A stretch of DNA of 64,000 nt from Candidatus Cloacimonadales bacterium (lineage in GTDB: Bacteria > Cloacimonadota > Cloacimonadia > Cloacimonadales > JAFGVF01): the NCBI GenBank assembly GCA_963678315.1, contig OY782781.1, positions 800,001 to 864,000 on the forward strand, read 5' to 3'. Position numbers and translations under genes: made by a program. Every line of letters begins with the position of its first letter. Positions within the stretch are counted from its first letter, which is position 1. Shown piece after piece: positions 20,462 to 30,383 of the stretch. Below the pieces are notes generated by a model. The model was not told the origin of the DNA. It worked only from the letters and a program-made list of their open reading frames with translations, and ran no database searches.

Positions 20462-21466
20462 ATGGAAGAAGAAAAATCAAATATAATTATTTATAATTCT
20501 GCAGATGGAAAGATTTCAGTAACGTTATTTGCTAAAGACGGAAGTGTATGGATGAATCAAAACCAAATTGCAAAACTTTTTGATACCTCTAAACAAAATA
20601 TTGGTCAGCATATATCTAATATTCTGAAAGATAAAGAGTTAGAGGAGAAATCAGTTGTAAAGAACTACTTTACAACTGCCCAAGACGGGAAGAAGTACAA
20701 GGTGTTATTTTATTCCTTAGATATGATACTAGCTATTGGTTTTAGGGTGCGAAGCAAAAGAGGAACACATTTTAGAATCTGGGCAAACAATAATCTAAAA
20801 GAATTTATGGTAAAAGGTTTTATTGTCGATAGTGAAAGATTGAAAAATCCAGATGGTAGACCTGATTATTTCGATGAACTTCTAGAGCAAATCAGAGATA
20901 TTAGAGCATCAGAAAAGAGATTTTATCAGAAGGTTAGAGATTTATTTAGACTTAGTAGTGATTATGATAAAACTGATAAATCAACGCAAATGTTCTTTGC
21001 AGAAACACAAAATAAGTTTATCTATGCAGTGACAAATAAAACTGCTGCAGAATTAATTGTCAGTAGGGCTGACTCTGGAAAACCTAATATGGCTTTAACA
21101 TCTTGGAAAGGGAAAATAGTACGAAAACAGGATATTATTGTTGCTAAAAACTATTTATACAAAGATGAGATTGATACACTAAATAGATTAGTGGTTTTAT
21201 TTTTAGATACTGCAGAGTTAAGAGTTAAAAATAGAAATGATATTACCATGGACTTTTGGAGGGAGAATGTAGATAAACTTTTAGAGTTTCATGAAAAGCC
21301 AGTTTTGAATTCAAAAGGCATTATCAGTCAAAAACAGATGCAAGATAAGGTTAAAGATATTTATGACACTTTTAATAAAAAAAGAAAAGAAATTGAGGCA
21401 AAACAAGAAGATTTAACAGACATGAATTCTCTTATCGAATTAGAAACAATAGCCTCAAAAAAGTAG
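20462..21466 (+). CDS. Virulence RhuM-family protein
   Basis: VWMNQNQIAKLF, YSLDMILAIGFRVRSKRG, FDELLEQIRDIRASEKRFYQK and AKNYL motifs. Confidence 0.92.
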   Translation: MEEEKSNIIIYNSADGKISVTLFAKDGSVWMNQNQIAKLFDTSKQNIGQHISNILKDKELEEKSVVKNYFTTAQDGKKYKVLFYSLDMILAIGFRVRSKRGTHFRIWANNNLKEFMVKGFIVDSERLKNPDGRPDYFDELLEQIRDIRASEKRFYQKVRDLFRLSSDYDKTDKSTQMFFAETQNKFIYAVTNKTAAELIVSRADSGKPNMALTSWKGKIVRKQDIIVAKNYLYKDEIDTLNRLVVLFLDTAELRVKNRNDITMDFWRENVDKLLEFHEKPVLNSKGIISQKQMQDKVKDIYDTFNKKRKEIEAKQEDLTDMNSLIELETIASKK

Positions 21467-21660
21467 TAATATAAAGATTTATATTTATGGAGGCTTACAT
21501 CCTAAAACACCCAAAGCTACTTCTAGCAAAGAAAATTGGCAAAGCTTCATTTAAGCTACAGTGAACGGAAGGCGGATACTATTAATTAAAGTAGTTAGAT
21601 TAATTTCCTTATCCTAGTAGTTAAATATTACCTAGCTTTCAAGGCTGAATATAACAACCT

Positions 21661-22620
21661 CTACTTTTCCTTATTCTCGGAATCTTCTTTTCTTTGTACT
21701 ACTCTAAGAGCCTTTCTCTCAATTAACTGATCTAGTAATTTAGGAGTAATTCTTAATCTTCCGCTTCTTAGAGGAAATTTAGTGTCATACTCTAATTCTG
21801 GAGGGCAATCTTTTTTTTTGCAAGTAGCTACTAATATTGGCATAATCGGTATCTCAATGATATGCATCTTTCGATTATTGATTAAAGTAAATTTAAAGAG
21901 AAAAGCTTTAAACTCATTATCAAAATCTTTATAGATTATTAAGGCTTGATAGTAATCTTTTGCTCCAAAACTAACACTTATACTGAAAATAGACTTAATC
22001 TGAATTGAATCGAAACAATCATTAATCTTGCAATCTTGAAGTGAATTAACAAACTCATTAATTTTATTATCTTCAATAGCTTTTTTAATTTTGCGAACTG
22101 TATAATAAACTGCATTATGCATTTTAGTCCCTGTAATTGAAGTAGCAAAGAAATTCTCTTTCATTCTATGGAATAACATTATCTCTTGTGTTAAACGATA
22201 AATTCTACTTTTAAGCTTCTTTAATTCAATTTTATAATTCCTAGCTATCTCAGACAGAGATAAATGGTCTAAATAATAGTTCTGTAAGATATTTTTATCT
22301 TTTGGAGAAATAAAATCATAACTATTAATATCAATTCCCTCTTCGTGATATACAGGATTCTTATCTGCATACTTGTCTAATGACTTGGGATCAAGATTTA
22401 CTACATTATGCTTTTGTCTATCCTTTATTCTCTTTAAACACAAATTCTTAGTAACAGTGAATAACCAATTATCCATATTCTCTGAAATGATTTTATTCTC
22501 ATTCATATAAAACTGAATAGCTGTTAATTGTGCTATCTCTTCAATTGTGTCAGGATCTTTAAAAAAACGACCAGCTACACTTCTTGAATACTTTAAAACT
22601 TTTTCATAATTAATGTTCAT
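21661..22620 (-). CDS. ECF-like sigma-70 factor with a long C-terminal extension
   Basis: Region-2-like EEIAQ...WLFTVTKNLC; region-4 HTH LSLSEIARNYKIELKKLKSRIYR; ~170 extra C-terminal residues. Confidence 0.7.
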   Translation of the reverse strand: MNINYEKVLKYSRSVAGRFFKDPDTIEEIAQLTAIQFYMNENKIISENMDNWLFTVTKNLCLKRIKDRQKHNVVNLDPKSLDKYADKNPVYHEEGIDINSYDFISPKDKNILQNYYLDHLSLSEIARNYKIELKKLKSRIYRLTQEIMLFHRMKENFFATSITGTKMHNAVYYTVRKIKKAIEDNKINEFVNSLQDCKINDCFDSIQIKSIFSISVSFGAKDYYQALIIYKDFDNEFKAFLFKFTLINNRKMHIIEIPIMPILVATCKKKDCPPELEYDTKFPLRSGRLRITPKLLDQLIERKALRVVQRKEDSENKEK

Positions 22621-22731
22621 TTGACTACACCCTTATAAAATACTTGTAAACAATAGCTTATGAGATTTTCAATGAGATTTTTATATTTCTAACTCTATAT
22701 TAATAGAAATCTATTATCTAGGAGTAAAAAT

Positions 22732-23136
22732 ATGAAAAACAAGATTGTTTTCCTGCTTTTTTTATTATTATTTTCTATTAATTTATTTAGTCAAGAATTT
22801 TATCAAGGTTATCGGGTTGTTACTTGGGAAGAAATTGAAGGATTGGATTTTACTATAATTAGAAGTGATGATGGGGAAAATTTGGTCAAAGTCACTAATT
22901 CAGGTGAAATAGTTGACAGAATAAAAAGAAAAATAATCATTAAAATACAGAGAGAGAATATTCTCTCTCTGTATTTTAACTTTAAGAGGAAAATCTATGT
23001 CGAAAATAAAGATTATAATATTGTTAATGTTAATGGTCAGCTTAAAGATTACAGCAACAATCTTACATGTAGGATTAAACCAGAACTTTACTTATCACAC
23101 AATCCAGTCTGCTGTAGATGCTGCAGTAGATTATGA
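22732..23136 (+). CDS. Small exported hypothetical protein; the 3' part overlapping the next gene is probably spurious
   Basis: AGGAG Shine-Dalgarno and signal peptide MKNKIVFLLFLLLFSINLFS; runs 140 nt into the next gene. Confidence 0.4.
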   Translation: MKNKIVFLLFLLLFSINLFSQEFYQGYRVVTWEEIEGLDFTIIRSDDGENLVKVTNSGEIVDRIKRKIIIKIQRENILSLYFNFKRKIYVENKDYNIVNVNGQLKDYSNNLTCRIKPELYLSHNPVCCRCCSRL

Positions 23137-25450
23137 TACTGTCTTAGTACACCCTGGAAGATATATTGAGAATGTTAAAGTCTTGGAAAAAAGTCTTACT
23201 CTAGCATCTCTATTATTAACAACAGGTAATCATGACTATATAGATTCTACAATTATTGATGGTAATTATGAAGATATTGTTCTTTCTGTCTATCATGACA
23301 GATATATAGATATCTTTAAATATGTTAAGGTTTGTGGCTTAACAATAACTAATGGAAATACCTTAAAAGATCATCATAATCAGAATGAAGGAATATACCA
23401 CAGAGGTGGAGGGATTAATATAAAGGGATATAGCCATCAAAATCAAAACTTTTCTGTTATTGAATATTGTAAAATTTATAACAATACTTCTTCTAGCGGA
23501 GGAGGTCTTGATATTTTTGAATCAAATGTTGTTATTGCAGGGTGCGAGATATTTGACAATAATGGAGGTTCTACAGGCGGAGGAATTCATAGTTGGGGTG
23601 TAGAGAACCAGCTAGAGTTTTCCGAAGAGCACCCAAACTCAATTTATAACAATAGTGCAGGTAGGGGAAGAGACATTTATATTGATACCATAACAGGAAA
23701 TCCAGCCCATATAAACGGACTTCATTTTGATAAAATATCAGTTGAGCCGGAAGGAGATTTTTCTCACTACTATTATGTATCAGATGTGATAGAGTGGGAT
23801 GGACAGATAACTTATAATGAAACAGCTTATGAACGGATAGAAGCTGACCTTTATGTTGCTCCGGATGGGGATGATGCTAATAGTGGTCTAAGCCTTGCTC
23901 AACCTTTAAAAACAATTTCTAAAGCTTGCTCACTCTTAAAGCCACGAGCAAATGGAGATTATAACATTGTCCATGTAGCCCCAGGTCTATATTCACCAGA
24001 TAGGACAGGCGAAATATTTCCTCTTAGTATGGATAGAGGGACAAAAATAGTTGGGGCAGGTTCAGGTCAGTCTATCTTAGACGGAGAAGAGCAGATAAAT
24101 AATTTCTTCTATTTTGAAGAGAATTCTGATGTATATGTAGCAGGATTTACCTGTAAAAATGTATATAGCCGAGCAACTTGGGGGGGAGTTTTAAGATCTA
24201 ATAATGTTGAAGGCTTAACCCTAAAAGATATTTATGTAGAAAATGTTCATTCTGATGCATCCTTTTCTATTTTCTATACAAATGATATTTTAGTTGAAGA
24301 TATTATCTTAAAAAAATTCAATTATAATGGAATGATTTTTGCTGCATCACAAGGGCTTATCCATAATGTTTGGGCTGATAGCCTAAATGTTACCTTAGAG
24401 GTTGAGGGTCAGCCTACTTCTATGCCTGTGTTTATAGATGAGGGGAGTTACAGGATATCTAATATAGCTATAACCAACTCTGTTCTCCCAGGAGGAAGAG
24501 CTTTTCAATATGGTAATTCTGCAGAAGAATCTGATGATTTTGTCACAATCAATAATTTATTAGTAGCAAATTGTTCTTATACACCCCTAGATTGGAATCT
24601 TACGACGGTTGCCTTTGCTGGAGAACATTTACCTCAAATGAAAATAAACAACATGACTATTGTTAACAATACTAATAACTGGCCAGCTGTGGTTTGCAGA
24701 GGAAATATCCAAATCCGTAATTCAATTATCCATAATCCCAATACACCTTATGATATTTATCTACTTAGAGCTAGTGATCCGCCTTATAATCCGGGACTTT
24801 CAGCCCTGGATATAGATTATTCTTTAGTTAGGGGTGGCTTAGATGCTTTAGTAACTGATTTTGATGATGGTTGGACCTTAACTTGGGGAGATAACATGCT
24901 TGACCAAGATCCTGGTTTTGTAGGTGGAGACGAGACCTTATGGTCATCTTATTATTTAGCAGAAGATTCACCTTGTATAGATGCTGGTATTTCAGACACA
25001 ACTGGCTATTACATGACTAGCATGGATTTAAATGGCCATGAAAGGTTTTTTGGAACTGCAGTAGATTTAGGATGTTTTGAGTATGGATCTCCTGTTCCTA
25101 ATAGTGATAATGAAGAGGTAGGTCTAGTCCAAAAGCAGATAATGATTTATCCTAACCCTGCTCAGTTAAATAATGGACTTAAAGGAGTAACAACTATTGA
25201 ATTTACTCTAAGTGGAGCTAAAACTGAAGATATTAAAGTTGGAATATATAATCTAAAAGGACAAAAAGTGAGAGATTTACAAGTAGGAGATGCTTTTTAT
25301 AATAAGTTAAAATCAAATAACCCTACTTATAGTTTGCATTGGGATTTAAAGAATAATCGAGGTAGAAATGTTTCTAGTGGTGTTTACTTGATTAAAGCTG
25401 ATGATGGACATGGTCATTCTGTGCTAACGAAATCATGTGTGATAAAGTGA
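22997..25450 (+). CDS. Secreted right-handed beta-helix/DUF1565-like protein with FlgD-Ig/T9SS-like C-terminal domain, copy 1
   Basis: Signal peptide, TIQSAVD...PGRYIEN, GGGI repeats, LYVAPDGDDANSG, SPCIDAG, IYPNP...IYNLKGQKV...SSGVY. Confidence 0.85.
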   Translation: MSKIKIIILLMLMVSLKITATILHVGLNQNFTYHTIQSAVDAAVDYDTVLVHPGRYIENVKVLEKSLTLASLLLTTGNHDYIDSTIIDGNYEDIVLSVYHDRYIDIFKYVKVCGLTITNGNTLKDHHNQNEGIYHRGGGINIKGYSHQNQNFSVIEYCKIYNNTSSSGGGLDIFESNVVIAGCEIFDNNGGSTGGGIHSWGVENQLEFSEEHPNSIYNNSAGRGRDIYIDTITGNPAHINGLHFDKISVEPEGDFSHYYYVSDVIEWDGQITYNETAYERIEADLYVAPDGDDANSGLSLAQPLKTISKACSLLKPRANGDYNIVHVAPGLYSPDRTGEIFPLSMDRGTKIVGAGSGQSILDGEEQINNFFYFEENSDVYVAGFTCKNVYSRATWGGVLRSNNVEGLTLKDIYVENVHSDASFSIFYTNDILVEDIILKKFNYNGMIFAASQGLIHNVWADSLNVTLEVEGQPTSMPVFIDEGSYRISNIAITNSVLPGGRAFQYGNSAEESDDFVTINNLLVANCSYTPLDWNLTTVAFAGEHLPQMKINNMTIVNNTNNWPAVVCRGNIQIRNSIIHNPNTPYDIYLLRASDPPYNPGLSALDIDYSLVRGGLDALVTDFDDGWTLTWGDNMLDQDPGFVGGDETLWSSYYLAEDSPCIDAGISDTTGYYMTSMDLNGHERFFGTAVDLGCFEYGSPVPNSDNEEVGLVQKQIMIYPNPAQLNNGLKGVTTIEFTLSGAKTEDIKVGIYNLKGQKVRDLQVGDAFYNKLKSNNPTYSLHWDLKNNRGRNVSSGVYLIKADDGHGHSVLTKSCVIK

Positions 25451-25524
25451 TTTACAGGAAATGGAAAATATTTACAGGCAAGATGCCTGTGAAAAATATC
25501 TAATCTATTAAATAAGGAAAATCT

Positions 25525-27978
25525 ATGTCGAAAATAAAGATTATAATCTTATTAATGTTAATGGTCAGCATAAAGATTACAGCAACAATCTTACATGTAG
25601 GATTAAATCAAAACTTTATTTATCACACAATCCAGTCTGCTGTAGATGCTGCAGTAGATTATGATACTGTCTTAGTACATCCTGGAAGATATATTGAGAA
25701 TGTTAAAGTCTTGGAAAAAAGTCTTACTCTAGCATCTCTATTATTAACAACAGGTAATCATGACTATATAGATTCTACAATTATTGATGGTAATTATGAA
25801 GATATTGTTCTTTCTGTCTATCATGACAGATATATAGATATCTTTAAATATGTTAAGGTTTGTGGCTTAACAATAACTAATGGAAATACCTTAAAAGATC
25901 ATCATAATCAGAATGAAGGAATATACCACAGAGGTGGAGGGATTAATATAAAGGGATATAGCCATCAAAATCAAAACTCTTCTGTTATTGAATATTGTAA
26001 AATTTATAACAATACTTCTTCTAGCGGAGGAGGTCTTGATATCTTTGAATCAAATGTTGTTATTGCAGGGTGCGAGATATTTGACAATAATGGAGGTTCT
26101 ACAGGCGGAGGAATTCATAGTTGGGGTGTAGAGAACCAGCTAGAGTTTTCCGAAGAGCACCCAAACTCAATTTATAACAATAGTGCAGGTAGGGGAAGAG
26201 ACATTTATATTGATACCATAACAGGAAATCCAGCCCATATAAACGGACTTCATTTTGATAAAATATCAGTTGAGCCGGAAGGAGATTTTTCTCACTACTA
26301 TTATGTATCAGATGTGATAGAGTGGGATGGTCAGGTAACTTATAATGAAACAGCTTATGAACGGATAGAAGCAGACCTTTATGTTGCTCCGGATGGGGAT
26401 GATGCTAATAGTGGTCTAAGCCCTGTTCAACCTTTAAAAACAATTTCTAAAGCCTGCTCACTTTTAAAGCCACGAGCAAATGGAGATTATAACATTGTCC
26501 ATGTAGCCCCAGGTCTATATTCACCAGATAGGACAGGCGAAATATTTCCTCTTAGTATGGATAGAGGGACAAAAATAGTTGGGGCAGGTTCAGGTCAGTC
26601 TATCTTAGACGGAGAAGAGCAGATAAATAATTTCTTCTATTTTGAAGAGAATTCTGATGTATATGTAGCAGGATTTACCTGTAAAAATGTATATAGCCGA
26701 GCAACTTGGGGGGGAGTTTTAAGATCTAATAATGTTGAAGGCTTAACCCTAAAAGATATTTATGTAGAAAATGTTCATTCTGATGCATCCTTTTCTATTT
26801 TCTATACAAATGATATTTTAGTTGAAGATATTATCTTAAAAAATTTCAATTATAATGGAATGATTTTTGCAGGATCACAAGGGCTTATCCATAATGTTTG
26901 GGCTGATAGCCTAAATGTTACCTTAGAGGTTGAGGGCCAGCCTACTTCTATGCCGGTGGCTATTGATGAAGGGAGTTACAGGATATCTAATATAGCTATA
27001 ACCAACTCTGTTCTTCCAGGAGGAAGAGCTTTTCAATATGGTAATTCTGCAGAAGAATCTGATGATTTTGTCACAATCAATAATTTATTAGTAGCAAACT
27101 GTTCTTATACCCCCCTAGATTGGAATAATACTACTGTTGGTTTTTTTGGAGAACATTTACCTCAAATGAAAATAAACAACATGACTATTGTTAATAATAC
27201 TAATAACTGGCCAGCTGTGGTTTGCAGAGGAAATATCCAAATCCGTAATTCAATTATCCATAATCCCAATACACCTTATGATATTTATCTACTGAGAGCT
27301 AGTGACCCACCTTATAATCCGGGACTTTCAGCCCTGGATATAGATTATTCTTTAGTTAGGGGTGGCTTAGATGCTTTGGTAACTGATTTTGATGATGGTT
27401 GGACCTTAACTTGGGGAGATAACATGCTTGACCAAGATCCTGGTTTTGTAGGTGGAGACGAGACCTTATGGTCGTCTTATTATTTAGCAGAAGATTCACC
27501 ATGTATAGATGCTGGTATTTCTGACACAACTGGCTATTACATGACTAGCATGGATTTAAATGGCCATGAAAGGTTTTTTGCATCTGCAGTAGATTTAGGA
27601 TGTTTTGAATATGGATCTCCTGTTCCTAATAGTGATAATGAAGAGGTAGGTCTAGTCCAAAAGCAGATAATGATTTATCCTAACCCTGCTCAGTTAAATA
27701 ATGGACTTAAAGGAGTAACAACTATTGAATTTACTCTAAGTGGAGCTAAAACTGAAGATATTAAAGTTGGAATATATAATCTAAAAGGACAAAAAGTGAG
27801 AGATTTACAAGTAGGAGATGCTTTTTATAATAACTTAAAATCAAATAACCCTACTTATAGTTTGCATTGGGATTTAAAGAATAATCGAGGTAGAAATGTT
27901 TCTAGTGGTGTTTACTTGATTAAAGCTGATGATGGACATGGTCATTCTGTGCTAACGAAATCATGTGTGATAAAGTGA
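25525..27978 (+). CDS. Secreted beta-helix protein with FlgD-Ig/T9SS-like C-terminal domain, copy 2
   Basis: About 98% identical to copy 1 (15 amino-acid differences by manual comparison). Confidence 0.85.
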   Translation: MSKIKIIILLMLMVSIKITATILHVGLNQNFIYHTIQSAVDAAVDYDTVLVHPGRYIENVKVLEKSLTLASLLLTTGNHDYIDSTIIDGNYEDIVLSVYHDRYIDIFKYVKVCGLTITNGNTLKDHHNQNEGIYHRGGGINIKGYSHQNQNSSVIEYCKIYNNTSSSGGGLDIFESNVVIAGCEIFDNNGGSTGGGIHSWGVENQLEFSEEHPNSIYNNSAGRGRDIYIDTITGNPAHINGLHFDKISVEPEGDFSHYYYVSDVIEWDGQVTYNETAYERIEADLYVAPDGDDANSGLSPVQPLKTISKACSLLKPRANGDYNIVHVAPGLYSPDRTGEIFPLSMDRGTKIVGAGSGQSILDGEEQINNFFYFEENSDVYVAGFTCKNVYSRATWGGVLRSNNVEGLTLKDIYVENVHSDASFSIFYTNDILVEDIILKNFNYNGMIFAGSQGLIHNVWADSLNVTLEVEGQPTSMPVAIDEGSYRISNIAITNSVLPGGRAFQYGNSAEESDDFVTINNLLVANCSYTPLDWNNTTVGFFGEHLPQMKINNMTIVNNTNNWPAVVCRGNIQIRNSIIHNPNTPYDIYLLRASDPPYNPGLSALDIDYSLVRGGLDALVTDFDDGWTLTWGDNMLDQDPGFVGGDETLWSSYYLAEDSPCIDAGISDTTGYYMTSMDLNGHERFFASAVDLGCFEYGSPVPNSDNEEVGLVQKQIMIYPNPAQLNNGLKGVTTIEFTLSGAKTEDIKVGIYNLKGQKVRDLQVGDAFYNNLKSNNPTYSLHWDLKNNRGRNVSSGVYLIKADDGHGHSVLTKSCVIK

Positions 27979-28357
27979 TTTACAGGAAATGGGAAATATT
28001 TACAGGCAAGATGCCTGTGTTTGTACAAAAGTGATATTAGCATCGTACAGACGTGGGACACTACTACTAATGTTAAAAACTTGCTAGGTTTAATTTTAAA
28101 AGCTCTTTCTATCGAGGAAAAAACTTTCAAAGCGGACCAACCTTCATTTGACTCAAGGACTTTCATCAAATTCGGAGTGTCAGCCTTCCTTATCCTAGCA
28201 GTTAATATATACCAAAGTTTACTATAAATGTTCGTTAGGATATTTCCCTCTAATAAGAAAGAAGTTGTAAAATTTGTCAAAAATTGTTAAATTAATAATA
28301 TGATTGACAAGGAAAATAAGAAGATACAAATTGCACCAAGAATTAATGGGAGAGAAT

Positions 28358-29257
28358 ATGTCTAGAATTGAAGATTTGAGTATTGTTCAGGAACATTTTA
28401 GTGGAAAAGTGCGTGACATTTATGATTTAGGGGATAAGCTACTAATAGTAACAAGCGATAGAATATCAGCATTTGACGTAGTTTTTCCAGATGTAATACC
28501 TAATAAAGGTAAAATATTAACACAAATTTCAGTTCACTTTTTTAAGGAAACTAAGAATATTATGGACAATCATTTTATTACAGATAATATTGATGAGTAT
28601 CCAGAAGAATTACATCCTTTTAGAGCTGAATTAGAAGATAGATCTATGCTTGTAAAGAAGGCAAAAGTTGTACCATTTGAATGTATTGTACGTGGTTATA
28701 TTACAGGTTCAGCATGGAAAGAATTTAAGAATACAGGAACAGTTAGTGGAATTCTTTTACCAGAAGATATGAAAGAAAGTCAAAGATTCCCAGAAGCATT
28801 ATTTACACCTTCTACAAAAGCTGAGATTGGTGAACATGATGAAAACATTACTTATAAAGAGATGTTAGAGCGTTGTGATAAAAATATTGCTGAAATGTTA
28901 AAGAAAAAGTCTCTTGAATTATACAAGTATGCTCACAAATTATTGTTTGATAAGAATATTATTCTTGCTGATACAAAGTTTGAATTTGGTATAATGGGAG
29001 ATAAGATAATCTTAATTGATGAGATGTTAACACCAGATTCTTCACGATACTGGGATATGGAAGAATATGAAGTAGGGGCAACACCAAAAAGCTATGATAA
29101 GCAATATGTGAGAGATTATATTTCTGCTACAGGTTGGGCAAAAGAACCACCAGCACCTGAATTACCAGCAGAAGTGATTGAAAAAACATTTGCAAAGTAC
29201 TACAAAGCTTATGAAATAATTGTAGGTGAGAAGGCAAAAAAATGGGATACAAAATAG
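28358..29257 (+). CDS. purC: SAICAR synthetase
   Basis: GKVRDIY, SDRISAFD, ECIVRGY, LADTKFEFG and DEMLTPDSSRYW; ATG 28358 after GGGAG. Confidence 0.97.
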   Translation: MSRIEDLSIVQEHFSGKVRDIYDLGDKLLIVTSDRISAFDVVFPDVIPNKGKILTQISVHFFKETKNIMDNHFITDNIDEYPEELHPFRAELEDRSMLVKKAKVVPFECIVRGYITGSAWKEFKNTGTVSGILLPEDMKESQRFPEALFTPSTKAEIGEHDENITYKEMLERCDKNIAEMLKKKSLELYKYAHKLLFDKNIILADTKFEFGIMGDKIILIDEMLTPDSSRYWDMEEYEVGATPKSYDKQYVRDYISATGWAKEPPAPELPAEVIEKTFAKYYKAYEIIVGEKAKKWDTK

Positions 29258-29613
29258 TAATTGTAGACGATGAAAAAGATATTACTGATGGCTTAAAAGA
29301 TGAGCTTGAAGATATTACTGATGAATATGACATCAAGTGTTTTAACACAGGGTATGAGGCATTAAACGAAGTGTTTAAAGGTGGAACTGACTTAGTTCTA
29401 AGCGATATTGCTATGCCTGATATGGATGGATATGAATTATTTAAAAGAATTAAAGATACTTATCCTGAATTACCAATAATTATGATGACCGGTTTTGGCT
29501 ATGACCCTAACCATGTTTTAGTTAATATCAAGAAATTTGGAAGAGTTGATGTTCTTTTAAAGCCTTTTGATATTGAAAAGTTAATACTTAAAATGACTAA
29601 GAAATTATCATAA
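29242..29613 (+). CDS. Single-domain response regulator
   Basis: IVIVDDE, LSDIAMPDMDG, MMTG and LKPF motifs. Confidence 0.93.
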   Translation: MGYKIVIVDDEKDITDGLKDELEDITDEYDIKCFNTGYEALNEVFKGGTDLVLSDIAMPDMDGYELFKRIKDTYPELPIIMMTGFGYDPNHVLVNIKKFGRVDVLLKPFDIEKLILKMTKKLS

Positions 29614-30383
29614 TGAAAGAATTTGATAGATTAAAAGAAATTGTAGATACCTTGAGACATCCCGAAAAGGGGTGTCCTTGGGATCTCAAACAAACTTCAA
29701 AAAGTTTAATTTCTGGAATGATTGAAGAGGTTTATGAGGTAGCTGAGTCTGTAGATGACAGTGATTACAAAGGGTTGAAAGAAGAACTAGGTGATTGTTT
29801 ACTTCATATTCTGTTACAAGCAAGAATAGCAACAGAAGAGGGACGATTTAGCATTGCTGATGTTTTAGAAGGGATATCTGATAAGTTAGTTCGCAGACAT
29901 CCTCATGTGTTTGGTCAAGACCAATTAACAGATGCTGTGGCAGTCAAAAAGCGTTGGGAAGAGATTAAGATGGTTGAGAAGAAGGAAAGAGAATCTGTTT
30001 TAGATGGAGTTCCTGCAGCCATGCCAGCCTTGTTGCAAGGTCAGCGTTTACAAGAGAAGGCAGCTTCAGTAGGTTTTGATTGGGATAGCTATGAGCCTGT
30101 GTTCGATAAGATAGCAGAAGAGGTTGAGGAAGTTAAGGAAGAGATTGCAAACAGAGATAAAGACAATTTAGAGGCTGAAATTGGGGATTTACTTTTTTCA
30201 GTAGTTAACTTAGCCAGAAAGCTTGGAGTTGATTCAGAGGATGCAATGAAAAGAGCTAACAAGAAGTTTTCTAGTAGATTTAGGAAAGTTGAAAAACAAG
30301 TAAAAGAATCAGGAAAGAGGCTAAATGAGCAAACATTGGATGAATTGGATAAAATCTGGGATAATATCAAAAAAACTGAATAG
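29613..30383 (+). CDS. mazG: Nucleoside triphosphate pyrophosphohydrolase MazG
   Basis: GCPWD, EELGD, KLVRRHPHVF and EIGDLLFSVVN motifs. Confidence 0.96.
   Translation: MKEFDRLKEIVDTLRHPEKGCPWDLKQTSKSLISGMIEEVYEVAESVDDSDYKGLKEELGDCLLHILLQARIATEEGRFSIADVLEGISDKLVRRHPHVFGQDQLTDAVAVKKRWEEIKMVEKKERESVLDGVPAAMPALLQGQRLQEKAASVGFDWDSYEPVFDKIAEEVEEVKEEIANRDKDNLEAEIGDLLFSVVNLARKLGVDSEDAMKRANKKFSSRFRKVEKQVKESGKRLNEQTLDELDKIWDNIKKTE

Larger units (their letters stand above)
22987..28019 (+). repeat. Tandem duplication of ~2.5 kb (22987-25491 and 25515-28019)
   Basis: Near identity from AGGAAAATCTATG to GATGCCTGTG, offset 2528 bp, 23-bp unique spacer. Confidence 0.95.

Noticed and set aside
22987..28019. 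Diversity-generating retroelement TR/VR pair
   Set aside because: No reverse transcriptase is present, the differences are not adenine-specific, and the whole gene is duplicated.
27942..28280. Overlapping 112-aa (-) and 68-aa (+) ORFs after the duplication
   Set aside because: TTG starts and no recognisable motifs; possibly a gene remnant, but unsupported from sequence alone.
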